Assembly (NCBI GenBank): GCA_963724765.1
Contig: CAVRVY010000003.1
Location: 576,001 to 640,000, forward strand
Direction: 5' to 3'
Length of the DNA stretch: 64,000 nt
Source of the DNA: an uncultured delta proteobacterium
Lineage (GTDB): Bacteria > Desulfobacterota > Binatia > Binatales > Binataceae
Below are positions 29,782-39,678 of the stretch, in pieces. The notes below the pieces were generated by a model that was not told where the DNA came from, did no database searches, and saw nothing but the letters and a program-made list of their open reading frames with translations. A program made the position numbers and the translations under genes. Position 1 is the first letter of the stretch. Every line of letters begins with the position of its first letter.

Positions 29782-30648
29782 TCAACGCGCGCCGGGAGAA
29801 TCGGCGGAATTCGTAAGAGCCGCGGCGGCCACGCCTTCGTTGAGCGAGCCCGAGCGGAAGCCCTTCAAATCGACGGTCACGAAGCGAAATCCTAGCTTGC
29901 GCAGCTCACGCTCGACGCGCTCGCGCGTCGGCGGTTCGAGCAGCCGCGCGATCTCCTGCTGTTCGACTTCCAGCCGCGCGACCTCGCCATGATGGCGTAC
30001 GCGCGCCACTCGAAAGCCCATCGCATGCAACAGCCGCTCGCCGCGCTCGACTTGCTCGAGCCCCTCAAGCGTGATTCGCGTCCCGTAGGGAAAACGCGAC
30101 GAGAGGCAAGGCGAGGCCGGCCGATCCCACGTCGGCAGCCCCAGCGCGCGCGACAGTTCGCGAATTTCGGCCTTGGTCAATTCGGCCTCGACCAGCGGAT
30201 GGCGGACGCGCTTTTCGCCGGCGGCCTTAATCCCGGGACGATAGTCATGCAAATCGTCCAGGTTGAGCCCGTCGACGATCTCTTCGATTCCGAGTTCCGC
30301 CGCCTTGGCCTCGCAAACCGTGAACAGGTTGTGCTTGCACAGGTAGCATCGGTTGAGCGGGTTTTCCGCGTAGCCGGGGACCTCGAGTTCGTTGGAGTCA
30401 ATGACCAGGTGGCGCGCGCCGATCATCCGGGCCATCTCCAGCGCCGAGCGCCGGTCATCGTCGGGCATCGTGGGCGAGGTTGTGGTGAGCGCGAGCATCC
30501 GCGCGCCAAGGATGTCGTGAGCGACGCGCAGGACGAAGGTCGAATCGACCCCGCCCGAAAATGCGACTATCAGTGAGCGCATCGGCGCGAAAATCCCGCG
30601 CAGGTGCTCGAGCTTGAACGAAAGCTCCTCGCTGATCGCGTTGCTCAT
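29782..30648 (-). CDS. larE: LarE-family ATP-dependent sulfur transferase (PP-loop)
   Basis: AFSGGVDS, RCYLCK, DYRPG, PCLSSRFPYG and GFRSGSLN motifs. Confidence 0.92.
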   Translation of the reverse strand: MSNAISEELSFKLEHLRGIFAPMRSLIVAFSGGVDSTFVLRVAHDILGARMLALTTTSPTMPDDDRRSALEMARMIGARHLVIDSNELEVPGYAENPLNRCYLCKHNLFTVCEAKAAELGIEEIVDGLNLDDLHDYRPGIKAAGEKRVRHPLVEAELTKAEIRELSRALGLPTWDRPASPCLSSRFPYGTRITLEGLEQVERGERLLHAMGFRVARVRHHGEVARLEVEQQEIARLLEPPTRERVERELRKLGFRFVTVDLKGFRSGSLNEGVAAAALTNSADSPGAR

Positions 30649-31580
30649 ATACCTTCGGCCTGGAAAAGATCGGTCGTCAGGTAGCGCTCCCCGGTGTCGC
30701 AGAAGACCGTCGCGACGACCTTGCCGCGGCCCAGTCGTTTGGCCACCTGAAGCGACGCGCAGCAGGCTGCGCCCGAGGAAATTCCGACCAGCAATCCCTC
30801 TTCGCGGGCGAGACGGCGCGTGTGAAGCGTCGCCTCCTCGTCGCTGACCGCGATGACTTCGTCATATACCGTGGTGTCGAGATTTTCCGGCACGAAGCCG
30901 GCGCCGATCCCCTGGATTTTGTGAAAACCGGCCTCGCCACCTTCCAGCACCGGAGAATTTTTCGGTTCGACCGCCACGATCAGCGCGCGGCTGCCGAAAT
31001 GCTCGCGCAGGTAACGGCCGACGCCGGTGATCGTGCCGCCGGTACCGACGCCCGCCACGAACGCGTCGATACGCTCGAGCTGGCCGACCAGTTCGGGCCC
31101 GGTGGTCGTATAATGGATGTGGGGATTGGCGTGGTTCCTGAACTGCTGGGGCATGAAGAAGCCCGGGTTGTCGCGCACCAGCTCCTGCGCCTTGGCAATC
31201 GCGCCATGCATCCCGCGCGTGTCCGGTGTGAGCACCAGGCGCGCGCCGTAGGCCGCCAACAGCGAGCGCCGCTCCTCGCTCATCGTGTCGGGCATCGTCA
31301 GGATAAGCTGGTAACCCTTGACGGCAGCGACCAGCGCCAGGCCGATTCCCGTGTTACCCGAAGTCGGCTCGACGATAGTTGCGCCGGGCTTGAGCCGTCC
31401 CTCGCGCTCCGCCGCCTCGACCATCGCGACGCAGATCCGGTCTTTGACGCTGCCGCCGGGGTTGAAGCTCTCAAGTTTGGCCCATATTTCGGCGTCGTCC
31501 TTGCCCGGCAGGCGATTGAGCCGCACCACAGGGGTGTGACCGACGAGTTCGAGCGGCGAGCGCGCCACGCTGTTCGGCAT
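30645..31580 (-). CDS. cysK: Cysteine synthase A
   Basis: NPGGSVKDR, EPTSGNTG, GVGTGGT, HKIQGIG and DTGERYL motifs. Confidence 0.95.
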   Translation of the reverse strand: MPNSVARSPLELVGHTPVVRLNRLPGKDDAEIWAKLESFNPGGSVKDRICVAMVEAAEREGRLKPGATIVEPTSGNTGIGLALVAAVKGYQLILTMPDTMSEERRSLLAAYGARLVLTPDTRGMHGAIAKAQELVRDNPGFFMPQQFRNHANPHIHYTTTGPELVGQLERIDAFVAGVGTGGTITGVGRYLREHFGSRALIVAVEPKNSPVLEGGEAGFHKIQGIGAGFVPENLDTTVYDEVIAVSDEEATLHTRRLAREEGLLVGISSGAACCASLQVAKRLGRGKVVATVFCDTGERYLTTDLFQAEGI

Positions 31581-31728
31581 GCCGCGATTTTAGCCGTATT
31601 CGCTCCCGTTTTGCGACTGCTATGTGATGTTTGGGCGCGGCGGAAGCCCGCGAGCGAGCAATGGCACGGGCAATAGGCCGGTCGCCTCGGACAATAGACC
31701 GGTGGCGTTTGGATGATAGAGTGCGCCG

Positions 31729-32694
31729 ATGATATCGCCGGGGCCGGAGCGGATCGCGCGTGCGGAGCGCGTGCTGGTGATTTTTCCCGGCGCACTGGGC
31801 GATCTTATCTGTCTTGTGCCCGCACTCCGCGCGCTCACCCGGCGTCACAATGGCGCCGCGCTCGAACTGATGGCGCGCGAAGAACTGGCGCGCTTCGCCG
31901 TCGCGCGGGTCGGAATCGCACACGGCCATTCACGAGCTCACTCAATTGACCGGCGCGAGGTCGCCGCGCTCTTCGCCGAAAATCCCGACCTCACCGAATC
32001 GGCGCGACTGTTTCGCCCCTTCACCCGCATCTACTCGTTCTTCGCCGCCGACGACGAGCGCTTTCGCCGCGCACTCGAAGCGGCCGCCGCGCCCGCCGCC
32101 GTCAGCTTCCACGCCTTTCGTCCCGCGAGCACGGGCCACGTCGCCTCCGGTTACCTAGAAGAGATAGGCGAGCGCACCGCGCCGCTCGACGCACATGTCG
32201 ACGTGCTTGCGGACGATATCGCCGAGGCGAAGCAAGCTCTCGCCCGTCTCGGCCTCGTCGATAGGCGCGTCGTGCTGGTCTTCCCCGGCAGCGGAAGCCC
32301 GCATAAGAACTGGCCCGCGGAAAGCTTCGCTGCCCTGGCCAGCGCGCTCCCGCAGCCGATGCGAGCGCTGGTCGTGCTAGGCCCGGCGGAAGGTGCGATC
32401 GAGGCGGTCCTGATACCACTCCTGGCCGCACGCGGGATTGCGTGGCTTCGCGATCAACCGCTCAGCACTCTCTCCGGGTTGGCGCGCCTCGCAGCCGACT
32501 TCGTCGGCAATGATTCGGGCGTGTCGCATCTCGCGGCCGCCGCCGGCGCGCCTGGAGTCGCGATTTTCGGGCCGACGGATCCTGACCGATGGCGTCCGCT
32601 CGGACGGGTCAGAATTCTGCGGGCTCAGAAGCTCGCCGACCTGACGATCGCCGAGGTGGCGTCGGCGCTGAACGAAATGATCGATGGGCCGTGA
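31729..32694 (+). CDS. Glycosyltransferase family 9 (heptosyltransferase-like)
   Basis: ALGD, PGSGS..KNW, GNDSGVSHLAAA and FGPTDP motifs. Confidence 0.92.
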   Translation: MISPGPERIARAERVLVIFPGALGDLICLVPALRALTRRHNGAALELMAREELARFAVARVGIAHGHSRAHSIDRREVAALFAENPDLTESARLFRPFTRIYSFFAADDERFRRALEAAAAPAAVSFHAFRPASTGHVASGYLEEIGERTAPLDAHVDVLADDIAEAKQALARLGLVDRRVVLVFPGSGSPHKNWPAESFAALASALPQPMRALVVLGPAEGAIEAVLIPLLAARGIAWLRDQPLSTLSGLARLAADFVGNDSGVSHLAAAAGAPGVAIFGPTDPDRWRPLGRVRILRAQKLADLTIAEVASALNEMIDGP

Positions 32695-32746
32695 AGAAAG
32701 CGTTGGCGCTCGAATTTTGCCCACTGCCAGCTCGTCGCGCCAGGGC

Positions 32747-32778
32747 ACAGGACCAGCGTACAGGACCAGAGTACAGGA
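32747..32778. repeat. About 2.5 tandem 13-bp units
   Basis: ACAGGACCAGCGT / ACAGGACCAGAGT / ACAGGA. Confidence 0.75.
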
Positions 32779-32947
32779 AATGACGGATGCTACCCGGGCT
32801 ATAAATGGTTACATTCGACCTTGAGCAATGGGCGCGTTGACTGCAAAAATTGCCCGGCGTAGCCTCTAACAGGTCGAGCATTTTCGGCCCATGACATGCT
32901 GAAATGCCTTTGATTTTCTGGAGTTTTTTACCTCCCGCAAGGAATCT

Positions 32948-33808
32948 ATGCGCAGCGCCATCAAGACCACCATACTGCTCGGCGCCCTGACCGGGCTCCT
33001 GATACTTATAGGAGGCGTGTTCGGCGGACGAAGCGGCGCCGAAATCGCCTTCGTCATCGCGCTGGCGATGAATTTCTTCAGCTACTGGTTCTCGGACAAG
33101 ATGGTGCTGAAGGCTTACAACGCGCAGGAGCTCGACGCCGCCGCCGCGCCTGAGCTTTACTCGATCGTCCAGGAGCTGGCGCAGGAGGCGCATATCCCGG
33201 TGCCCCGGATGTATCTCATCGACACCGACACGCCTAACGCCTTCGCCACCGGCCGCAATCCCCATCACGCCGCCGTCGCCGTGACGCGCGGGATTCTGCG
33301 AATTTGCAGCCGCGACGAGCTCAAGGGCGTGCTCGGACACGAGCTTTCCCACGTGATCAATCGCGACATCCTGACCAGCTCGATTGCGGCGACGCTGGCC
33401 GGCGCGATCATGATCCTGGCTTCGATGGCGCGATGGGGCGCGATTTTCGGCGGCTTCGGCGGCGACGACGACCGGCGCGGCGGCATGGTCGAGCTGCTGC
33501 TGATGGCGTTTCTGGCGCCGCTTGCGGCGACGATGATCCAGCTCGCGGTGTCGCGCACGCGCGAGTACCAGGCCGACGCCAGCGGTGCTCGTCTCACTCA
33601 TCATCCGCTCTTCCTCGCCGGCGCGCTGCGCAAGCTGGAGGCCGCCAACGAGCGCATGCCGATGGACGCCGGGCCTGCCACGGCCCATCTGTTTATCGTC
33701 AATCCGCTGAACGCAAAGGGCCTGATGAGCAAGCTCTTTTCAACCCATCCGCCGCTCGAGGAGCGCGTCCGGCGCCTTGAGCACATGGCGAGCACAGAGG
33801 TGGTCTAG
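32948..33808 (+). CDS. htpX: Zinc metalloprotease HtpX (M48)
   Basis: [21 protein letters not shown] and FSTHP motifs. Confidence 0.96.
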   Translation: MRSAIKTTILLGALTGLLILIGGVFGGRSGAEIAFVIALAMNFFSYWFSDKMVLKAYNAQELDAAAAPELYSIVQELAQEAHIPVPRMYLIDTDTPNAFATGRNPHHAAVAVTRGILRICSRDELKGVLGHELSHVINRDILTSSIAATLAGAIMILASMARWGAIFGGFGGDDDRRGGMVELLLMAFLAPLAATMIQLAVSRTREYQADASGARLTHHPLFLAGALRKLEAANERMPMDAGPATAHLFIVNPLNAKGLMSKLFSTHPPLEERVRRLEHMASTEVV

Positions 33809-33812
33809 TCAG

Positions 33813-34376
33813 ATGGCATCCGAGGACGAGAGCTCCAAGGGCTTCAAAATTCAGGACCGGCGGCGGTTTTCGGCCGAGGGCGATCTGAAGCCCGAGTTCA
33901 GCGGCGCCGAAGAGCCGGTGGCGGCGAAGCCCGAAACGCCGCGTGCCGGCGGCCCACCTCACGGCGCCGGGGCACACCCGTCGGCCCAACAACAACCATC
34001 AGCGCCCGTCCAGCAGCAAGCGGCGGCCTCTCAGCCGCAGCAGGCGGCGGCGGCGAAGGGCTACGCCGCCGCGCGATCGGCGGTCGCCGCCGAGGGGAAT
34101 CCGTCTGAAGCCGGCGAGGAGACGGGCGAGATTAGCTTCGGCGCCTTCCTGATGAGCCTCTCGACCGAAGCCCTGGTGCATCTGGGCGAGATGGCCGACC
34201 CCTCCAGCGGTCAGGAACAGCGCGACCTCGCGATGGCGCAGCAGCTCATCGATATCCTCGGGATGTTGCGGGACAAAACGCGGGGCAACCTCGATCATGA
34301 CGAGCAAGCCTTGCTCGACGCGATTCTCTTTGACCTCAGAATGAAATACGTTGAGATCGCTCGCCGGAACGGCTGA
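33813..34376 (+). CDS. DUF1844 domain protein
   Basis: FKIQDRRRF N-terminus; IDILGML.DKTRGNL and LRMKYV. Confidence 0.85.
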   Translation: MASEDESSKGFKIQDRRRFSAEGDLKPEFSGAEEPVAAKPETPRAGGPPHGAGAHPSAQQQPSAPVQQQAAASQPQQAAAAKGYAAARSAVAAEGNPSEAGEETGEISFGAFLMSLSTEALVHLGEMADPSSGQEQRDLAMAQQLIDILGMLRDKTRGNLDHDEQALLDAILFDLRMKYVEIARRNG

Positions 34377-34403
34377 TTCGCCTGGGTCCGGGTCAGCGCG
34401 CGA

Positions 34404-35876
34404 ATGCCTTCGAAGTTCGGGAACGTCGCTATCCTTTGTTTCGCGGCGCTGATGCTGCTGTGGTGCGGCCCGGCGGCGCCGCGCGCCTTCGGCGATCAAT
34501 TCTGGCACGAGCTTACGTCGTCGCACGCGGCCAAGGCCGAGACGTTGCCTGATTTCGTCGCGCTGGCCGATAAACTGGGGCCCTCCGTGGTCAATATCTC
34601 CACCGAGCAGGCCGGGCCGGCCGCCTCCGAGGGCGAGGGCGGCAGCGAAGGCGGAGGGGGTGAAGGCGGCGGCAGCGAAGGGGGCGGCAACGAGCCGTTC
34701 AACGAGTTCGGTGAGCCGTTTGGCGAGCCGCACGGCCGCAGCCTCGGCTCCGGCTTCATCATCAATGCCGCCGGCTACATCCTGACCAACGATCACGTGA
34801 TCGAAAACGGCCGCGAGATCATCGTCACCACGATGGACGGTAATCAGTACAAGGCTTCGGTGACCGGGCGCGACGCCAAGACCGACATCGCGCTGCTGAA
34901 AATAAATGTGAGGCACGATTTGCCGGTGGCGCCACTCGGCGACTCCGACGAGGTGAAAGTAGGTCAGTGGGTGATGACCATCGGTGACCCGTTCGGCTTC
35001 GATCATACCGTCACCGCCGGCATCGTCAGCGCCAAGGGCCGCTTCATCCCTGGCAACTACGACGAGTTCATCCAGACCGACGCCGCGATCAACCCGGGCA
35101 ACTCGGGTGGTCCGCTGATCAACGTCCGCGGCGAGGTGGTGGGCGTGAACTCGGCGATTTTCACCCGCACCGGCTCCAACACCGGCATCGGTTTCGCCAT
35201 CCCCGTCAACCTGGTCAAGGAAGAGCTGCCGCAACTGCGCGAGCACGGCAAGGTGGTGCGCGGATGGCTCGGAATCTACGTGCAGCGGGTGACACCGGCG
35301 ATCGCCGACTCGATGGGGCTGGAGGAGCCGCGCGGCGCGCTGGTCGCCGAGGTGCTGAACGAGGGGCCGGCTAAGAGCGCCGGGGTCAAGCGGGGCGACG
35401 TGATCGCGGCCTACAACGGCACGCCGATCGAGGACTCACGCGAATTGCCGCTGATGGTCGCGCGCACGCCGCTCGGCCATAGCGCCACGCTCAGAATCGT
35501 ACGCGACAGAAAGTACCTGGAAATTCCGGTCACGATTACCGCCTCGCGCGAGACCCACGTCGCCGCGGCCGCCAGGCAGCTAATTAAAGGCTCCTCGCCG
35601 TTCGGCCTCACCGTCAAGGACCTCGACTCCGGGCTCGCGCATGAAATGGGGCTGGGCCAGAGCAAGGGCGTAGTGGTGTATTCGGTGCAGCCCGGCAGCT
35701 CGGCCGACGCGGCCGGTATGCGCTCGCGCGACATCATCGTGGAGGTCAACCGCCAGGGTGTCGGCAACGTTGACGCCTACGAGCGCGCGATCAAGTCGGG
35801 CGGTGGCAAGGCGGTGCTGCTCCTGATCAAGCGTCACAACAACACCGTCTTCGTGCCGCTCGAACCGGAGGGCTAG
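34404..35876 (+). CDS. DegQ/HtrA serine protease with two PDZ domains
   Basis: LGSGFII, TNDHV, TDIAL and QTDAAINPGNSGGPL motifs. Confidence 0.95.
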   Translation: MPSKFGNVAILCFAALMLLWCGPAAPRAFGDQFWHELTSSHAAKAETLPDFVALADKLGPSVVNISTEQAGPAASEGEGGSEGGGGEGGGSEGGGNEPFNEFGEPFGEPHGRSLGSGFIINAAGYILTNDHVIENGREIIVTTMDGNQYKASVTGRDAKTDIALLKINVRHDLPVAPLGDSDEVKVGQWVMTIGDPFGFDHTVTAGIVSAKGRFIPGNYDEFIQTDAAINPGNSGGPLINVRGEVVGVNSAIFTRTGSNTGIGFAIPVNLVKEELPQLREHGKVVRGWLGIYVQRVTPAIADSMGLEEPRGALVAEVLNEGPAKSAGVKRGDVIAAYNGTPIEDSRELPLMVARTPLGHSATLRIVRDRKYLEIPVTITASRETHVAAAARQLIKGSSPFGLTVKDLDSGLAHEMGLGQSKGVVVYSVQPGSSADAAGMRSRDIIVEVNRQGVGNVDAYERAIKSGGGKAVLLLIKRHNNTVFVPLEPEG

Positions 35877-35941
35877 ACGATGCGCGGCTGCGAGTATGCG
35901 CCGGGCGGAGACGCACGGACGGCTGAGCGCCTTTGGCCGCG

Positions 35942-38329
35942 ATGAAACTCGCGCTCAAAATAATCCTGCTCAGCGTGTGCGCGATCCTGCTGTTCGCCCT
36001 GCCTCCGGCGATCTACGAGTTCCTGAGCTACTACCACGCGCTGGAGAATGAAGTCGTAACGCGCTTCTCCGGCAAACGTTGGGATATTCCCTCGCGCATC
36101 TACTCGGATTCCTGCTTCGTCTATCCGGGGCAGAGCCTCGATGACCTGGGCTTCTTCCAGCGCCTGGCGCGCCTGAACTACCATCGCGTCGCCCCGGGCC
36201 AGATTGCTTCGCGCGGCGAGTACTCGCTCGATGAAAGGAAGCATCGGCTGGCCGTTTTCCTGCACAGCTTCGCCTATCCTTATTCCGAGTTCCCGGGCGA
36301 GGCGGTCGAAATGACCCTGGGGCCGCATAACACGGTGCTCGCGATGCGCGATCCGCTCGGCGGCAAGGCGCTCTTCTCCGCGGAGCTCGAGCCGGAGCTG
36401 ATCAGCGGCATTTTCCAGGGTAGCTGGCAGCAACGGCGCCTGGTGCCGCTCGCGCAGATTCCGCCCGCCTTCATCGACGCGATTCTCGCCGCCGAGGACC
36501 ATCGCTTCTACGAGCATCACGGCATCGACCTGATCCGTATCGTCAAGGCCGCCTGGATCGACTTCACCGCGCATCGCGTCCGTCAGGGCGGCTCGACTCT
36601 GACCCAGCAGTTGATGAAGAACTTCTTTCTGACCAGCAAGCGTGACTGGCGGCGCAAGGCCAAAGAGGCGCTGATGGCGTATATCGCCGAGCGCCAGTAT
36701 TCCAAGGACCAGATCCTGGAAAACTACATCAACGACATCTACCTCGGGCAGCGTGGTCAGGAGGGAATCTACGGGGTGTGGGAGGCCTCTGAGTTTTACT
36801 TCTCCAAAGAGCCACGCGATCTGACGATCGGTGAGATGGCGACGATCGCGGGGATGATAAGCTCGCCCAACCGTCTCAACCCGCTGCATCATCCACAACT
36901 CGCCGAGCAGCGGCGCAATGAAGTGCTGGGCCTGATGCTCGCCGACGGCTATATCAGCAAGGCCGCCTATGACAGCGCCGCCACCGAACCGCTACATCCA
37001 CGCGAGGTCTTCGTCGAAAACAACGACGCACCCTACTTCGTCGACTACGTCAAGCGCGAGCTGGCCGAGCGCTATCCGCCCAACGTGCTGACCGGCGAGG
37101 GCTTGAGAGTTTTCACCTCGCTCGACGTGCATGCGCAGAAGCTCGCCGAGAAGGCGGTGCGCGACAACCTCGACTACCTCGAGCGGCGCTACCCCTCGCT
37201 GCGGCGCAAGGAAAAGAAGGATCAGCTCGAAGAGGCGCTGATCGCGGTCGAGCCGCAAAGCGGCAAAATTCGCGTGATGGTGGGCGGGCGCGACTACCGC
37301 GAAAGCCAGTTCGACCGTATCACCCAGGCCGAGCGCCAGCCGGGCTCGGCCTTCAAGCCCATCACCTACCTGGCCGCGCTGCAGGAAACGCTCGAGGGCG
37401 GCCCCGAACATTTTCTGCCGACCTCTTATATTGAAGACACGCCGTTCACGTGGACCTACGGCGACATGAGCTGGAGCCCCAAGAACTACAAGGACCGCTA
37501 CTTCGGCCGGGTCACCCTGGAGTTCGCGCTGGAGGAGTCGCTCAACTCGGCGACCTCCCGCCTGGCCAACCAGATCGGATTGGACCGGGTGCGTGCGATG
37601 GCCGAAAAAATGGGCTTTGGCGACCTGCCCGCCTACCCCTCGATCGTGCTGGGCGGAATCGAGGTCACGCCGATGCAGATCGCGCAGGCCTATTCGATCA
37701 TGGCCGACTATGGGCTCGACGTGCAGTCCTACGCGGTCACGGCGGTGGTCGATCAGAGCGGCAAGGTGATCGAGGGCCACGAACTGCAGGCGAGCCAGGT
37801 GCTCTCGCCGCAACTCGCCTACATGATCGACTTCATGCTCGAACAGGTCATCAACCATGGCACCGGCGAGGGCGCGCGCAAGCGCGGCTTCAGCCGCCCC
37901 GCGGCGGGCAAAACCGGCACCACCAACGACTCCAAGGACGCCTGGTTCACCGGCTTCACGCCCAACCTGCTCGCGGTCGTGTGGACTGGCTTCGATCAGA
38001 GGGAAGTGCTGGGACTCACCGGCGCCGAGGCCTCGCTGCCGGCCTGGACCGATTTCATGAAGGCCGCAACGGCTTCGCGTCCGCCGCTGGACTTCGCCCC
38101 GCCGCCCGGTATCTTGGTGGAGAAGGTTGACCCGCTGACCGGCTACCTGGCGGGGCCGAATTGTCCGGTGGTATTGGAGGGAGCGTTCCCGGCGGACCTC
38201 GCGCCGACGCAAATCTGCCCGTTTCATGCCCGGGGCGGCACCACCACCGCCGCCGTCAATTCCGCAACGCCTGGCGCGCCGTCAACAGGGGCCAACTGGG
38301 AACGCTTGCCGAGCGACCCTAACGACTGA
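35942..38329 (+). CDS. mrcB: Class A penicillin-binding protein 1B (UB2H-like, transglycosylase and transpeptidase domains)
   Basis: EDHRFYEHHG, GGSTLTQQL, SAFK, SLN and KTGT motifs; UB2H-like insert (RLNY..GEY). Confidence 0.92.
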   Translation: MKLALKIILLSVCAILLFALPPAIYEFLSYYHALENEVVTRFSGKRWDIPSRIYSDSCFVYPGQSLDDLGFFQRLARLNYHRVAPGQIASRGEYSLDERKHRLAVFLHSFAYPYSEFPGEAVEMTLGPHNTVLAMRDPLGGKALFSAELEPELISGIFQGSWQQRRLVPLAQIPPAFIDAILAAEDHRFYEHHGIDLIRIVKAAWIDFTAHRVRQGGSTLTQQLMKNFFLTSKRDWRRKAKEALMAYIAERQYSKDQILENYINDIYLGQRGQEGIYGVWEASEFYFSKEPRDLTIGEMATIAGMISSPNRLNPLHHPQLAEQRRNEVLGLMLADGYISKAAYDSAATEPLHPREVFVENNDAPYFVDYVKRELAERYPPNVLTGEGLRVFTSLDVHAQKLAEKAVRDNLDYLERRYPSLRRKEKKDQLEEALIAVEPQSGKIRVMVGGRDYRESQFDRITQAERQPGSAFKPITYLAALQETLEGGPEHFLPTSYIEDTPFTWTYGDMSWSPKNYKDRYFGRVTLEFALEESLNSATSRLANQIGLDRVRAMAEKMGFGDLPAYPSIVLGGIEVTPMQIAQAYSIMADYGLDVQSYAVTAVVDQSGKVIEGHELQASQVLSPQLAYMIDFMLEQVINHGTGEGARKRGFSRPAAGKTGTTNDSKDAWFTGFTPNLLAVVWTGFDQREVLGLTGAEASLPAWTDFMKAATASRPPLDFAPPPGILVEKVDPLTGYLAGPNCPVVLEGAFPADLAPTQICPFHARGGTTTAAVNSATPGAPSTGANWERLPSDPND

Positions 38330-39666
38330 TGAGAATTGATCCAGAACTCGCGCGGCTGGCCGTATCGAGGCGCGCCGCGCCAATCGCGCTGACGTGCCTG
38401 CTGGCGCTGGCGGGCTTCGCGTGCCCTGTGGAGGCTGCCGGCACGGCCGCCTCCCCAGGGCACGCGGTCGTGGCGACCGCGTCGCTTACGAGCGCGCCAC
38501 GCTACGGTGGCGCCGGAACCTTCGGCTCCGGCGCCACCGTAGCGCTCGAAGAGCAGAGCCTGCCGCCGGAGGACCTGCCGTCTCCGACGGCATCTCCGGC
38601 GGCCTCCCCGGCGCCATCGTTCGCACAGCCTTCGGGCTCGCAGAGCCCGAGCGGCGCGCAGGGTGACGGTAGTGGAAACGGCGCGCAAGCGCCGGCGCCA
38701 CCCGCAACGACGTCTGCGCCGGCGGCGCAAGCGTCGCCGGCGAGCGACGACGAGGGCGCCCGTGAATGGACGCGTATGCCGGCCACGGCCGGCAGTTCGT
38801 CCGGCTCGTCCGGCGTTCCTGATGCGGGCGGCGCGGGCGCGGCGACGGGAACTCCCGATGCGGCAGGCGCGGCGACGGGCGCGCCCGATGCGGCGGCGGG
38901 CGCGCCCGTCGCCGACGAGCCAGCACCCGAGGCCACGCCCACCGACGCGCCGCCGCCATACGACGTCGGTTCCGTACAACCAACCGCGCCGGTGAGCGAC
39001 CAGCCGCTCACCGGGCTCATCGCCGGCACCAAGGATCAGCCGGCGCTCAACGCCTCGTTGCGTTTCGCCGAGGATGGGCGCAAGGCGCTCGAAGCTTCCA
39101 AGCCCGACGACGCGATCCGCGATCTCGGCCGCGCGATTTCGATCGATCCGACCGATCCCTACGCCTACTTCTATCTCGGCCGCGCCTACATGCTAAAAAA
39201 AGACTATCCTCAAGCGCTCGCGTTTTTTGGCCGCTCCGAGGTCGGAGTACGCACGGTGCCCGCATGGCTTGGCGAGGTCAAAAGCTTCGAGGGCGCGTGT
39301 CTTGAGGAGCAAGGCAAATTTCCCCAGGCGGCCGCGGCCTACAGGCAGGCGCTCGACGTCGCGCCGGGTAACCTGATGGCGCGCACCGGATACGGCCGGC
39401 TGAGCGAGAGCCTCTCCGATGCGAATGCCGGCAGCGCGGAGCCGCCGCCACCACCGCTCGACGGTGCCGCACTTCCAGCGCCCCAAGTCGACTTGGCCGC
39501 GCCCGCCCCGGCCGAAGCGGCGCCGCCCCCGGCCCAATCAGATCAGACCGATCAGTCTGATACGGGTGCTGATTCGGGAGCCGATACGGGTGACGACTCA
39601 GGCACTGATTCGACCGGCTCTGCCGCCAGCCGGAGCAACGGCGCGGGTGCGCAAGGCAACCAGTGA
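38329..39666 (+). CDS. Exported TPR protein with long disordered linker (LpoP-like)
   Basis: TGATG coupling to mrcB, signal peptide, about 200 aa Pro/Ala/Ser/Gly linker and 3-4 TPRs. Confidence 0.8.
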   Translation: MRIDPELARLAVSRRAAPIALTCLLALAGFACPVEAAGTAASPGHAVVATASLTSAPRYGGAGTFGSGATVALEEQSLPPEDLPSPTASPAASPAPSFAQPSGSQSPSGAQGDGSGNGAQAPAPPATTSAPAAQASPASDDEGAREWTRMPATAGSSSGSSGVPDAGGAGAATGTPDAAGAATGAPDAAAGAPVADEPAPEATPTDAPPPYDVGSVQPTAPVSDQPLTGLIAGTKDQPALNASLRFAEDGRKALEASKPDDAIRDLGRAISIDPTDPYAYFYLGRAYMLKKDYPQALAFFGRSEVGVRTVPAWLGEVKSFEGACLEEQGKFPQAAAAYRQALDVAPGNLMARTGYGRLSESLSDANAGSAEPPPPPLDGAALPAPQVDLAAPAPAEAAPPPAQSDQTDQSDTGADSGADTGDDSGTDSTGSAASRSNGAGAQGNQ

Positions 39667-39678
39667 AGCAGTGAAGCA

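Noticed and set aside
32820-32850. CIRCE- or HAIR-like element upstream of htpX (TGAGCAATG-N8-GACTGCAAA)
   Set aside because: The spacer is 8 rather than 9 and both arms have several mismatches.
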